DNA of 47,382 bases from a virus. Taxonomy: Duplodnaviria; Heunggongvirae; Uroviricota; Caudoviricetes. The stretch lies in the IMG/VR virus record IMGVR_UViG_2684623189_000004. The stretch is one strand, 5' to 3'. Every line of letters starts with the position of its first letter. Position 1 is the first letter of the stretch. This document shows positions 11,090 to 21,010 of the stretch, one piece after another. The notes under the pieces are model-generated. The model worked only from the letters and a program-made list of their open reading frames with translations, did no database searches and was not told the origin of the DNA. Made by a program: the position numbers and the translations under genes.

Positions 11090-11788
11090 TTACTGCGAAA
11101 GTTTGTTAATGGAAAGGAAGCCGCCAAAGTTGCCGACGTTATTGCGAAACTTACAGCCGCTCAGGCATTTGCTGCATTTATCCTTCGTGATATCGGACGT
11201 CGGCTGGTCATATTCATCCGCGACTGCCGGACCGTGATAACCGCACTCATCACCGCGATAGGTCCAGGTGCAGGTGTTGGCCAGCATGATACGCCCCGGA
11301 AAAACAGCGCCATCCGTTTCCGTCGGCGTGGACAGTACAAAGGAGGCACTCACCGCGCTCAGTTCGCTGCACTGCTCGATGCGCCAGCGGCTGATCACCT
11401 CCTGCTCCGGATCGGCGTCTCTGTTTCCGTTGACGAAGTTCACCGCATCCAGAAAACGGGCGTAAACCTTACGCCGGACCACCGTTCCGCCGACCAGACT
11501 CTGCATATCTTCCACCATACCGGTGACCATGCCGTACAGGTTAGAGACTGCCAGCGTGGGCCGCGTACTGGTGCCTTTGCCATTCAGTTCAAAACCGCTC
11601 CCCTGAATGGGATACGCCTGATACTGCCTCCCCTGCCAGGTGACCGGCTCACCTTTTTCGTTCTGCTCATTACAGAAAAAATAACGTTCTCCACCGACCT
11701 CTGTCAGATCGATTTCCCAGAGCACCACGCTGGCCGACTGCTCCGCACGGGTGCATTCATTCAGTGTTTCCTGCCGGATATCCTGCAT
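11090..11788 (-). CDS. L: tail tip protein L
   Basis: 232 aa, same length as lambda L; position M-L-K. Confidence 0.9.
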   Translation of the reverse strand: MQDIRQETLNECTRAEQSASVVLWEIDLTEVGGERYFFCNEQNEKGEPVTWQGRQYQAYPIQGSGFELNGKGTSTRPTLAVSNLYGMVTGMVEDMQSLVGGTVVRRKVYARFLDAVNFVNGNRDADPEQEVISRWRIEQCSELSAVSASFVLSTPTETDGAVFPGRIMLANTCTWTYRGDECGYHGPAVADEYDQPTSDITKDKCSKCLSGCKFRNNVGNFGGFLSINKLSQ

Positions 11789-12117
11789 CAGTTCACCACC
11801 TGTTTAAACTCTGCGCTGAACCCAACACGCAACATACTGACCTGCGACGACCATTTTGCGCAGGTCACCTTTATCTGCCTGTAACCATAAGGCGGCGTCC
11901 ACAGAAAGGCCTTCCAGCCCCCGTGCTCAGCCAGAAACGACTCCAGCGCCGTGGCCTCCTCACGGGAGACAGACAGCGTCACGCTGTACGTTTTCAGGTC
12001 AGCGTTCAGCCCGGCAGGCGCACGCTGGGAATAGCCATCACCAAAGCGCACCTCCCTGACGGAAGGAGCCGATGTCACATCCATCCCGGGTTTCACTTTC
12101 CAGCGGAAGGTTTTCAT
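11788..12117 (-). CDS. M: tail tip protein M
   Basis: 109 aa; overlaps H stop and L start. Confidence 0.9.
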   Translation of the reverse strand: MKTFRWKVKPGMDVTSAPSVREVRFGDGYSQRAPAGLNADLKTYSVTLSVSREEATALESFLAEHGGWKAFLWTPPYGYRQIKVTCAKWSSQVSMLRVGFSAEFKQVVN

Positions 12118-14687
12118 CGTCCACCTCCGGAGAACAGTCCACCATCACGCATCTGTGTCTGAATTTCATCACGGGCACCCTTGCGGGCCATGTCATACAC
12201 CGCCTTCAGAGCAGCCGGACCTATCTGCCCGTTCGTGCCGTCGTTGTTAATCACCACATGGTTATTCTGCTCAAACGTCCCGGACGCCTGCGACCGGCTG
12301 TCAGCCAGACTGCCCGGTGTACCGACATAACCACCGGTGGCATAGCCGCGCATCAGCCGATAGAGATTCCCCACGCCAATCCGGCTGGTTGCCTCCTTTG
12401 TGAAGACAAATTCACCACGGTGAACAATCCCCGCTGGCTCATATTTGCCGCCGGTTCCCGTAAATCCTCCGGTTGCAAAATGGAATTTCGCCGCAGCGGC
12501 CTGAATGGCTGTACCGCCTGACGCGGATGCGCCGCCACCAACAGCCCCGCCAATGGCGCTGCCGATACTCCCGACAATCCCCACCATTGCCTGCTTAAGC
12601 AGAATTTCTGTCATCATGGACAGCACGGAACGGGTGAATCCCCGCCAGTTCTGTTCGCTGCCGGTCAGCATCGCCGCCATATTCTGTGCAATACCGTCAA
12701 AGGTCTGCGTGGCCACACTTTTAACCTGCGAAAAACTGTCCGTCGCACTTTCCGCCCACTCTCCCCAGCCGGACTTCATCCCGGCCATCCAGCTTCCACG
12801 AAGCTGCTCCTCCGCAGACCAGGTGTTCTTCAGTGCCGATGTGGCCTTCGCCAGCGCAGCCGGATTATCACCGTACACCTCACGAAGGCGCTGCTCTTCC
12901 GACTCCCGCTGCGCCTGACGGTCGGTGAGGCCGCGGGCTTTTGCGCTGATTGCCGCCTGCTTCGCGCTTTGCTGCTGTTCAAACCGCGCCGCCTGCTGTG
13001 CCAGCTCATTCAGCCGCTTCTGGTGTTCAATCTTGTCTCCCAGCTCAGCCAGCTGGCGTTTGTACTCCAGCGTCTCTTTCTCATGAGCCAGCAGGGATTT
13101 TTCCTGCTCAGATAACTGCCGTTTCGTGGCGGCCTCTTTCAGGACCACATACTGACTTTCCGCTTCCCATAAATCCCGGCGCTGCTGGCTGATTTTCTCA
13201 TTCACACCGCTGTGTTTTTCCAGCGTCCTGAGCTCGGTTTCAAGCGCCAGCAGGGCTGCATGCGCCCGGTCTTCCTGGCGCTCACCGGCAGACACCTTCA
13301 CACCTGACGGCTTTTTCAGCGTCGATTCATAATCCTTTTTTGCCGACGCCATCAGCGTGTTGTAATCCGCCTGCAGGATTTTTCCGTCTTTCAGGGCCTT
13401 ATTCAGCTCTTTCTGACGGGCGGTATATTTATCCAGCGGCGTCTGCAGGCGCTCATACGCCTTCTGCGCCTCTCCGGTATACTTCAGCTGTGACGACTCA
13501 CGCTCAGCCCTGTCCCTTGCCGCCAGTTCACCGGCTTTTTCCATATCCGACTGCAGCGTGGCCGCTGCCAGACCCAGACGGGCATTTTCCCGGTCATCCC
13601 ATGCCCCCTGAAGGTTCGCACGAAAAGAGGAGGTCTTTCCCCGGCGCTGGCTCCGGCTCTGGTACCACTGCCATTTTTTATCCGCCTCATCAAATGCCTT
13701 CTGCGCACTGGCGAGCATATCCGCTGAGGATTCCGGACGACCGATATCCAGAATGGCATCCCACATCGATTTGAATGCCTTCCCTGTTTTATCCGCCCAG
13801 GTCTCCAGTGTTCCCATGTTTTCTTTCAGGCGACGGGTCTGCTCATCAAAGCCTTTCGTGGCGATATCGTTCGCCGCCTGCAATGCCCCGGCCTCGTCTC
13901 CGGAACGCTGCAGCTGTGCAACATACGCAATCTGCTCTGCCGTCACGTTACGGAACTGGCGCGCCATCGCCATCAGTCCCGACGTCGGGTCAGTGGTCAG
14001 CTTCCCGAAGGCTTCAGCGACTTTATCCACCTCCACACCGGATGCAGACGCAAAACGCGCGACACTCTGGTTGATGGCATCAAACTGTTCACCACCACGC
14101 ACACCGGCATTCACCAGGGCTGCCAGTGACTCTCTCGCCTGGTTAAACGTCAGCCCTGCTGCCTGCCCGGCTCTTGAGAGCGTCAGCATACGATCGGCAG
14201 TCAGTCCGGCCTGATTGCCGGAAAGGACCAGCGTTTTATTAAATTCTGAAAGCGTGGCGTCGCCCTGGTACCAGGCGTACGCCAGCGCACCTGTCGCCAC
14301 CGCCAGCGAGGTGACCCCGACCATCGGCAGGGTGATCGCACCGGCAAGCCCCCTGAACATGGGGATCATCCCGCCGAAGGAGTCCTTCACCTGACCGCCC
14401 TGTTGCAGCAGGATCAACCAGGGATTCTGACCACCGGCAAGCTGCGTGGCGATATCCGTAAACTGTGCGGGCAGGGTTCGCATGGCCGCTTTATACTGCC
14501 CGACGGAAATCCCGGCTTTTTGTGCAGCCAGCGCCTGGCGGCTCAGGCCCTGTTCAACAGCACTGGCGGTTTTTCTGGCGTCGGTATCCAGACCTGAAAA
14601 ATGACGCCTTACCCGGCTCATCTGCTCATCGAAACGGACAGCATCCAGACTCAGGTCAATAACAAGATCACCAACCGGCTGGGACAT
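12114..14687 (-). CDS. H: tail tape measure protein H
   Basis: 857 aa; helical repeat-rich; follows G/T. Confidence 0.9.
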   Translation of the reverse strand: MSQPVGDLVIDLSLDAVRFDEQMSRVRRHFSGLDTDARKTASAVEQGLSRQALAAQKAGISVGQYKAAMRTLPAQFTDIATQLAGGQNPWLILLQQGGQVKDSFGGMIPMFRGLAGAITLPMVGVTSLAVATGALAYAWYQGDATLSEFNKTLVLSGNQAGLTADRMLTLSRAGQAAGLTFNQARESLAALVNAGVRGGEQFDAINQSVARFASASGVEVDKVAEAFGKLTTDPTSGLMAMARQFRNVTAEQIAYVAQLQRSGDEAGALQAANDIATKGFDEQTRRLKENMGTLETWADKTGKAFKSMWDAILDIGRPESSADMLASAQKAFDEADKKWQWYQSRSQRRGKTSSFRANLQGAWDDRENARLGLAAATLQSDMEKAGELAARDRAERESSQLKYTGEAQKAYERLQTPLDKYTARQKELNKALKDGKILQADYNTLMASAKKDYESTLKKPSGVKVSAGERQEDRAHAALLALETELRTLEKHSGVNEKISQQRRDLWEAESQYVVLKEAATKRQLSEQEKSLLAHEKETLEYKRQLAELGDKIEHQKRLNELAQQAARFEQQQSAKQAAISAKARGLTDRQAQRESEEQRLREVYGDNPAALAKATSALKNTWSAEEQLRGSWMAGMKSGWGEWAESATDSFSQVKSVATQTFDGIAQNMAAMLTGSEQNWRGFTRSVLSMMTEILLKQAMVGIVGSIGSAIGGAVGGGASASGGTAIQAAAAKFHFATGGFTGTGGKYEPAGIVHRGEFVFTKEATSRIGVGNLYRLMRGYATGGYVGTPGSLADSRSQASGTFEQNNHVVINNDGTNGQIGPAALKAVYDMARKGARDEIQTQMRDGGLFSGGGR

Positions 14688-15539
14688 ATCTCACACCTCC
14701 CGGAATCCCCGCTGAAGCCATCATTAATGCGGCATCATCCACCATGACATCCGCCACATCCGCAGACGATAAAATATCGCGCCCTCCGTCCCCACCGAAC
14801 CGGACGCCTCCGGCAAGTCCTGCCGCTTTCTGCATCAGCATTTTGTCCTCATCCGGCCTCTCCACCTGCTCTTCCTCATGCCGGGGGACAAGCAGACTGA
14901 AATCAGAGGGATGCATATCCGGATCGCAAAAAAACAGGCTGAGTACAGCGTACGTCAGCCCGGAAAAATGCATATCCAGCTGGGTATCCTGAAAATAATG
15001 CGTGCGGTAAAAACGGTGCCAGTCGGCATATTCGGTGGATGTCATCCCGGCAAGCATGGCGCGCCAGTCGGGTCTCCCCATCTCACGCGCCAGTCTGAGG
15101 GCAAAGTTCAGCTCGCCGTCGAAGACTTTCCCGCAGAAAAATCATCATCAGTCAGCGTGTTATTTTTCGCCACTTCAGTAATATCAGTATCCGGACGAAC
15201 AGCTTCGATCATCCCGGACAGGCACAACACCACGTCTTCCGCCCGGGCAATGGCATCGGCAGGCCAGGTGGTGAGCACTTCCTGCTCTATCTTCATCACG
15301 GCCTCATTCATTGACGGTGACTGCGTTTTCTGTGGATGGTTATGCCACAGGGACATCGCCACCAGAAACGCGCCGGTTCTGACGAGCTCTTCCACGCTTA
15401 CCTGCAGGTTGCCGCAGGATTCTGCCTGTTCTGCACGCCGTTTCAGGAGGGCAAGATGCTCGATACGCTGCAGCGCAGACAATTCGGAAAGCGTGACAGA
15501 CACACCGTTATATTCAAATTGTTCTGTTTTCAGAAACAT
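14668..15539 (-). CDS. tail assembly chaperone G-T fusion (programmed -1 frameshift at 15126..15132)
   Basis: G frame 15108..15539; T frame open from slippery site to 14668 and joins the MGRPDWRAM ORF. Confidence 0.7.
15108..15539 (-). CDS. G: tail assembly chaperone G
   Basis: 143 aa starting MFLKTEQFEYNGVSVTLSELSALQRIEHLAL, lambda G-like. Confidence 0.9.
   Translation of the reverse strand: MFLKTEQFEYNGVSVTLSELSALQRIEHLALLKRRAEQAESCGNLQVSVEELVRTGAFLVAMSLWHNHPQKTQSPSMNEAVMKIEQEVLTTWPADAIARAEDVVLCLSGMIEAVRPDTDITEVAKNNTLTDDDFSAGKSSTAS
15126..15132 (-). other. G GGA AAG slippery heptamer for G/GT -1 ribosomal frameshift
   Basis: minus-strand GCG GGA AAG at the end of G; -1 frame continues into T. 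Confidence 0.8.
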
Positions 15540-15552
15540 GTATTACCTCCGT

Positions 15553-16305
15553 TTACCCTGCAGCGCCCGCTTCAGTAACGGTGACTTCAGCCACTGCGGC
15601 GAACTGACCATTTCCGCTCACCACAGGGATCTGCACCTTACCTGTCGCCACGCCGTTTACCGTAATTGTCATATCTTTCACACTAATGGTGGCTTTCGAC
15701 GGATCGGCGGAAACCGCTCTGAACGTCTTGTCGGTTGCACTTTCCGGCTCAAAAGAAACCGTCAGGGTGGTTGTTTTCCCTTTTGCCACCGTACCGGATG
15801 TCGGCGTCACCTTAATCGCACTGACCGGCGTAATTTTGCTGCGTTCTTCCGCTACAGAAGGTTTACCCACGTTAGTGACTTTCACCGTGCGGGTGATCAC
15901 TTCTTTCGCCGTCACGGCCTTACCGATACTGCTGACCCAGCCACGAAACACATCCACCGTGCCATTCGGAAAACGGATTTTATAGGCCCGGACATCGCCG
16001 CTTTCAAACCAGCCTATAAGCCCTTTCTGGCCTTCCTCTCCCGGTTTCCAGGCCAGCGTAAAACTGGTATCACCTGCAGATTTCTGCCCCTGCCCGGTCG
16101 CGGTCCAGTCCGCGTCTTCATCATCCAGGTAGTTATCATCGTAGGATTCTGCCGTCATCTCGCCCGGCGTCAGATCCTTCACCTTAGCCAGTCGCTGCCA
16201 GTCATCGTCTGACAACGGGTTTGCATAAGCATCACCCTTGCCGTTGTAAACCCACAGAGTGGTACCGGCACCTTTTACCGGCTCAAGGGGATTTGGTGTT
16301 GCCAT
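15553..16305 (-). CDS. V: major tail protein V
   Basis: 250 aa; C-terminal Ig-like region; position U-V-G. Confidence 0.9.
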   Translation of the reverse strand: MATPNPLEPVKGAGTTLWVYNGKGDAYANPLSDDDWQRLAKVKDLTPGEMTAESYDDNYLDDEDADWTATGQGQKSAGDTSFTLAWKPGEEGQKGLIGWFESGDVRAYKIRFPNGTVDVFRGWVSSIGKAVTAKEVITRTVKVTNVGKPSVAEERSKITPVSAIKVTPTSGTVAKGKTTTLTVSFEPESATDKTFRAVSADPSKATISVKDMTITVNGVATGKVQIPVVSGNGQFAAVAEVTVTEAGAAG

Positions 16306-16312
16306 ATCGTCC

Positions 16313-16708
16313 TCACATCTCGTATGTAATGGAATAAGTCAGATCTGCAGAACTCCATAACGCCATATCGTCATCACGACGATACTCATAGCCCTGCGTA
16401 ACCATCGTGGTAATCAGTCCTGCCAGTGCCGGGATCGCGGTCATCGCCGGGTAAATCCGGCTTTCCATCCACTGATCAAGCTCTGAATCCGGTACCTGTG
16501 CCGGTAAAAACACCTCAATATGCAGCGTGGCCCGCCAGGTATCTGCATCCAGCTCTTCACCGGTATACTCTGCATCCGTCAGATAAACCGCGATCGCAGG
16601 AAAATCCTCTTCGTCAAAAACAACGGGGCGACCATCAAACAGCGTCGCCCCGTGTTCATGCTGCTCGAGTGCATCCAGCACTGCGGCACGAATGTCAGTG
16701 TGTTTCAT
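16313..16708 (-). CDS. U: tail terminator protein U
   Basis: 131 aa, same as lambda U. Confidence 0.85.
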   Translation of the reverse strand: MKHTDIRAAVLDALEQHEHGATLFDGRPVVFDEEDFPAIAVYLTDAEYTGEELDADTWRATLHIEVFLPAQVPDSELDQWMESRIYPAMTAIPALAGLITTMVTQGYEYRRDDDMALWSSADLTYSITYEM

Positions 16709-17238
16709 CGTTTTATTGCAATCCTCAGTTGTTGTTTCAGCGCGTATGCCAGTTCTTTAGGCAGGCGTTCACGCCGGATACGGTCAACATTCTCATCAAA
16801 TGCCTGTTTCAGTGGGGCCGCCATCGGGATTTTCACCACATCAATGGGGTAACGGTTTTTCCCGGCCACACGCTGCATGACATGCCAGCGACCATTTTTT
16901 AATCTCTGAATAAATGCCCGCTGATACCGATGCTGACCGGCTTTAAGTATGCTGTTCGGGCGACGCCCCAGCATCCTGATCCCCAGCTTAATCACAGGGA
17001 GATCACCGCGGTTAACGATAATTCTGGCATTCGGATTTCTGACCGTCGCCCGTTTCAGTCTGGACCGTTCCTTAACCAGTTTCCGGCGAACCTTTGTCTC
17101 CCGGGCAACCTGTGATGAAGACTGATTAATCGCCGTTGTGGCCACGCGGTTAATGGCCATTGCTGAAGCCGCCGGAATGGCGTTTTTACGAACCCGGCTC
17201 AGATTGTCAATCGCCTGATCAAGCCCTTTTATCGCCAT
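16705..17238 (-). CDS. Z: tail completion protein Z
   Basis: 177 aa; position FII-Z-U. Confidence 0.8.
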   Translation of the reverse strand: MAIKGLDQAIDNLSRVRKNAIPAASAMAINRVATTAINQSSSQVARETKVRRKLVKERSRLKRATVRNPNARIIVNRGDLPVIKLGIRMLGRRPNSILKAGQHRYQRAFIQRLKNGRWHVMQRVAGKNRYPIDVVKIPMAAPLKQAFDENVDRIRRERLPKELAYALKQQLRIAIKR

Positions 17239-17253
17239 AATTTCACCCTGCGT

Positions 17254-17607
17254 TTATCGTCGCCGGTTAACTGCGGGTGGTTGACCACGGTTGAGCCAGA
17301 GATAACAGCTGCCCCCGTCATCCGGAGAAACACGATCCACCCAGAATATCTCACCATTAATGGTCAGCGTGTCACCACGCCGCACGGCACGAACCGTATC
17401 CGTCCGCACAAATAATGACGGGCTGCTTCCTTCAATACGGACCCCGCCACCGGCAAACCCCAGCGACTCCAGATCATCAAAAACCCCCTGAACTTCGCTG
17501 CCACACTGTGCCCCCGAGGTGAACTGCGCACAGAGCCCCATCACTTCAACGATCGTACTGTCTACCCCGGCGAGGGCAGCATCAAAGGCATTCTGAAAAT
17601 CACGCAT
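17254..17607 (-). CDS. FII: head-tail connector protein FII
   Basis: 117 aa, same as lambda FII. Confidence 0.8.
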   Translation of the reverse strand: MRDFQNAFDAALAGVDSTIVEVMGLCAQFTSGAQCGSEVQGVFDDLESLGFAGGGVRIEGSSPSLFVRTDTVRAVRRGDTLTINGEIFWVDRVSPDDGGSCYLWLNRGQPPAVNRRR

Positions 17608-17983
17608 ATTCAGCCGTTCCGTGCTGTATCATGGCCGTTGCCAGTGATGATGGCACCAGAACACGCATACCCCGTAACGCCAGCTCAACGGGACGACCTG
17701 TCTCCGGGCAATACCCCATTACTTGCAGGCACTTCCGTACCCGGACGGCTTTAACATCATCCGGAGCATCCGTGTTGTTCAACTGCTCACCATCGTCTGT
17801 GTGATTTTGATCAGCCCCGCTCTCATCAGAGTGCATAATGCCCTCCGGGGAAACAGCAAGCTCCTCTTCCCACTCAGACACACGTTGAGCAATATCCGCA
17901 GCACTCCCCGACATATCCGCCTCGCGCCCCAGCAGGTCAGCCAGTTGACGAAGACGATTCAGATTTTCTTCTTTTGTTGCCAT
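17600..17983 (-). CDS. FI: DNA packaging protein FI
   Basis: acidic protein between E and FII; likely start MATKEEN (ORF track extends to 18031). Confidence 0.7.
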   Translation of the reverse strand: MATKEENLNRLRQLADLLGREADMSGSAADIAQRVSEWEEELAVSPEGIMHSDESGADQNHTDDGEQLNNTDAPDDVKAVRVRKCLQVMGYCPETGRPVELALRGMRVLVPSSLATAMIQHGTAEYA

Positions 17984-18034
17984 CTCAGCCTCCTGTGAAA
18001 AAAGACACGGGGGCATTTCGCCCCCGCTCACGGA

Positions 18035-19063
18035 TTATTTCACCTGTACCACCACAAACTCATCCGGATCCGGCAGCACCATCAGCGGAGCGGACTGCGT
18101 CATGGTGAATTCACAGGACGGATCGCCCACGGTCAGCCAGTGTTTCGGGTAACGGGAAGAAGCCACCACTCCTTCAGACAACGCCTGTGCATCCTTAATG
18201 GCACCATAGCAACGAATCCCCTCTGCCGCCGTATTCCCCAACACCAGCATGCCCTCCGGCAGATAACGTTTTTCGGTACCGTCCTCTGCCACATAAGACG
18301 TTTTCGCCACCACAATGGCCAGATCGCCGTAATACCCCTTGAAGGACACCACTGCGCCCAGATCTTTCACTGCCGTTTCGAGTTGTGAATTTGAGCCGCG
18401 ACGGGTATCCAGTTTTTCGCGGAACAGCTTAAAGCCATTCAGCAGACGCCAGACCGTACCGTCCATAATGGCGATATTCACAAGGCCGCTGGCCTGATCG
18501 CAGTAGAGGTCAATATCATGCGTCGGATCAAACGTATCACGGTCCTGCTCAGACCATTTTTTACCGTCAGCCTGCTCAATGTTATTTCCTTCAGAGCGCC
18601 CGAAATCCACCTCGACAGTATCAAACTGATCCCCTTCCATGGTGTATTTGCCATACAGCACGGCATTCACCGCCTGCATTTCTTCCACCTGGACAATGGC
18701 GTGCTCTTCCTGTTTGAGGTTATCGGTAATGATACGCAGACGACGGTAGGCCGGGTCGTTCAGCTGAGCCGGATCTTCACCAGGAAGGCGCTCAACCGCC
18801 TGCTGGTAATTAAATTCGTGTTTCGGCTTGACGTAGCCCGGACGTAACACGCGGGTTTCACCACCGCGATGGCGAAGCACTTTTCCTTCAACGATCGGGG
18901 AGACATAGGCCGCCACCGGCGTTTTTCCGGTAATTTTGTCCAGCATCACCTCTTCGGTGTGGAAATTCACCGTACGGCGGAAAAACAGCTCCAGAAACAG
19001 CGCACGGAATTTCACTTTTTGTTCGGTATAACCGAGTAACTGGCGGGTCGTAAACAATCCCAT
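18035..19063 (-). CDS. E: major capsid protein E
   Basis: 342 aa; position D-E-FI. Confidence 0.9.
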   Translation of the reverse strand: MGLFTTRQLLGYTEQKVKFRALFLELFFRRTVNFHTEEVMLDKITGKTPVAAYVSPIVEGKVLRHRGGETRVLRPGYVKPKHEFNYQQAVERLPGEDPAQLNDPAYRRLRIITDNLKQEEHAIVQVEEMQAVNAVLYGKYTMEGDQFDTVEVDFGRSEGNNIEQADGKKWSEQDRDTFDPTHDIDLYCDQASGLVNIAIMDGTVWRLLNGFKLFREKLDTRRGSNSQLETAVKDLGAVVSFKGYYGDLAIVVAKTSYVAEDGTEKRYLPEGMLVLGNTAAEGIRCYGAIKDAQALSEGVVASSRYPKHWLTVGDPSCEFTMTQSAPLMVLPDPDEFVVVQVK

Positions 19064-19120
19064 AAATCAGTTCCTTTCATTCAGAAATCAGTCAGGTCAC
19101 CATGGTGGCCTGATAACGTG

Positions 19121-19468
19121 TTACGGCAGAGCCGCGTGACTCAGGGCTGTGCCGGCAAAGGCATTTGCCTTTTTGTGTTCATCCACACTGTCAGGCCAGC
19201 GGATTGCCTCCGTCGCAAAGGTCCCCGACTTGTAATAGGTCAGCACCGTCTCTGTGCCTTCAAGCGGCAGTACCAGTATGCCAACCGCACTACCGGCTTT
19301 CTGTCCATCCCAGACCACCAGTTTCCCGGTGGCTTCATCCAGCATCAGGGGCGTCAGAGCCGGTGTTGCAGAAGAAATCCCGCTGCTGCCTGTGGCGGTA
19401 TGAGCCGGATCATTACCGGCAAAAATACGTACTTCCGCACGCTGTTCAGTGATGGTTTTCGTCACCAT
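19121..19468 (-). CDS. D: head decoration protein D
   Basis: 115 aa; between C and E. Confidence 0.85.
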   Translation of the reverse strand: MVTKTITEQRAEVRIFAGNDPAHTATGSSGISSATPALTPLMLDEATGKLVVWDGQKAGSAVGILVLPLEGTETVLTYYKSGTFATEAIRWPDSVDEHKKANAFAGTALSHAALP

Positions 19469-19504
19469 TTTGTTAAAACCTCATATTGATGGTCAGCACT
19501 GACT

Positions 19505-21010
19505 TCATGGCATGGCCATGAGCATTTTCACGTCCGCATCACCGTCTGCTGACGTCTGTGACACGCCACCCCGCACCGCTGCCGGTGAATGATTCGCCAT
19601 GAAATGTTCAAACAGGGCGGTTGTGGATGCAGAGACCGGTTCGGCCTTACCTGATCCCGCAGCCAGCACAGCCCGGGCGTTCTCCACGGTCATTCCCGGG
19701 CAGGCCGCCAGTTTTTCAGCCTGCGCTTCTGCCCCTTTTGCCTCATCCAGGGCCATGATCTGATCACGAAGCGAGGGCCCGGCATCCGCCAGTGGTGCAG
19801 CCGCCAGGATCGGGCGGGCTTTTTCCACCGTCATCTCCGGCATCGCCGCCAGCGTTGCCGCCAGTTGTTCACGACCGTTCGCTTCTTCACACGCCATAAT
19901 GCGATCGGCTTCACTCTGCGCGGATGCCACCGGCTGCTGCGGTGCCGCCGCGGCCAGAATCGCCCGGGCCTGTTCAACGCTCATGCCCTGTTGCCCTGCC
20001 AGCATCGTGGCAAGCTGTTCACGTCCTTTCGCTTCCTGGCATGTCAGGATCCCCATCACTCGCTGGTTCTCCTGCACGGCGGCTTCCGTTGCAGTTAATT
20101 GCGGCATAGTGCCTCCTCTGACATTACTGTTCAGCGCCGTGGCCATCACACTGATGGCATCCGACGCATTGATTAATTCATCCGCCAGCCCGGCCTCAAT
20201 GCCGGACTGACCTTCAAAAACAGCGGCCTCTGTTCCCGTGACTGCATCAACAGACAGACCGGTAAACATCGCCACTTTTTCGGCAAACATCCGGCGCGCC
20301 GCATCAATCCGCTGCTGCATGTCCTGGCGAACCTCTGCCGGCAACGCTTCAAACTGATTGCCATCCACCTTGTGCGCCCCTGAGTAAATCAGCGTGATAT
20401 CCACACCGGCCTGCGCCAGATGACCGGCATAGCTGACATGGCTCATCATCACGCCAATGGAACCGATACGGGATGTCTGGGTAACCAGCCGTCGGGAGCA
20501 GGCCGACGCCAGCAGCATGGCCGCAGAACAGGCCGTGTCATTACACAGTGCCCAGACCGGCTTCTGCTGCCGGAGGCGGTAAATCATGTCAGCGCAGTCA
20601 AACGCGCCGGCGGCCTGCCCGCCCGGACTGTCAATGTCCAGCAGTATGCCCCGCACCTGGCTATCTGCCATTGCCTGCTGAAGACAGGCGACAATGCCGT
20701 CATAGCCAGTCATTCCGGAAAATGGCCGCATCCCCCCCAGCCGGTGCACCAGCGTGCCGGTCACCGGCAGTACCGCAATACCGTTCACCACCCGGTAAAC
20801 ACGGGCCGGTCGTTTACCTCCGGCCATGTACTCGTCCGTTTCAGCCAGCATCCCGGGAGCATCAAGCTGTACCTGCTGTTGCGGTACCGAAAGACTTGCT
20901 GCCCCCATCTCGCGCCCCAGCGCGCAAAAGAAAACCCGCGCATAGGCGGGCTCCAGAAGCAGCGGTTCATTGAATGCTGCTGCAATAATGTGTGAAAGAT
21001 TACGTCTCAC
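19505..21010 (-). CDS. C: head protease/scaffold protein C (with nested Nu3-like scaffold region)
   Basis: 501 aa; N-terminal ClpP/S49-like peptidase region; C-terminal three about 45-aa repeats (MSVEQARAILAAA / MTVEKARPILAAA / MTVENARAVLAAG). Confidence 0.85.
   Translation of the reverse strand: MRRNLSHIIAAAFNEPLLLEPAYARVFFCALGREMGAASLSVPQQQVQLDAPGMLAETDEYMAGGKRPARVYRVVNGIAVLPVTGTLVHRLGGMRPFSGMTGYDGIVACLQQAMADSQVRGILLDIDSPGGQAAGAFDCADMIYRLRQQKPVWALCNDTACSAAMLLASACSRRLVTQTSRIGSIGVMMSHVSYAGHLAQAGVDITLIYSGAHKVDGNQFEALPAEVRQDMQQRIDAARRMFAEKVAMFTGLSVDAVTGTEAAVFEGQSGIEAGLADELINASDAISVMATALNSNVRGGTMPQLTATEAAVQENQRVMGILTCQEAKGREQLATMLAGQQGMSVEQARAILAAAAPQQPVASAQSEADRIMACEEANGREQLAATLAAMPEMTVEKARPILAAAPLADAGPSLRDQIMALDEAKGAEAQAEKLAACPGMTVENARAVLAAGSGKAEPVSASTTALFEHFMANHSPAAVRGGVSQTSADGDADVKMLMAMP

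Noticed and set aside
14878-16212. 444-aa plus-strand ORF antisense to G and V
   Set aside because: Overlaps well-supported tail genes on the other strand; Cys/Arg-rich nonsense composition.
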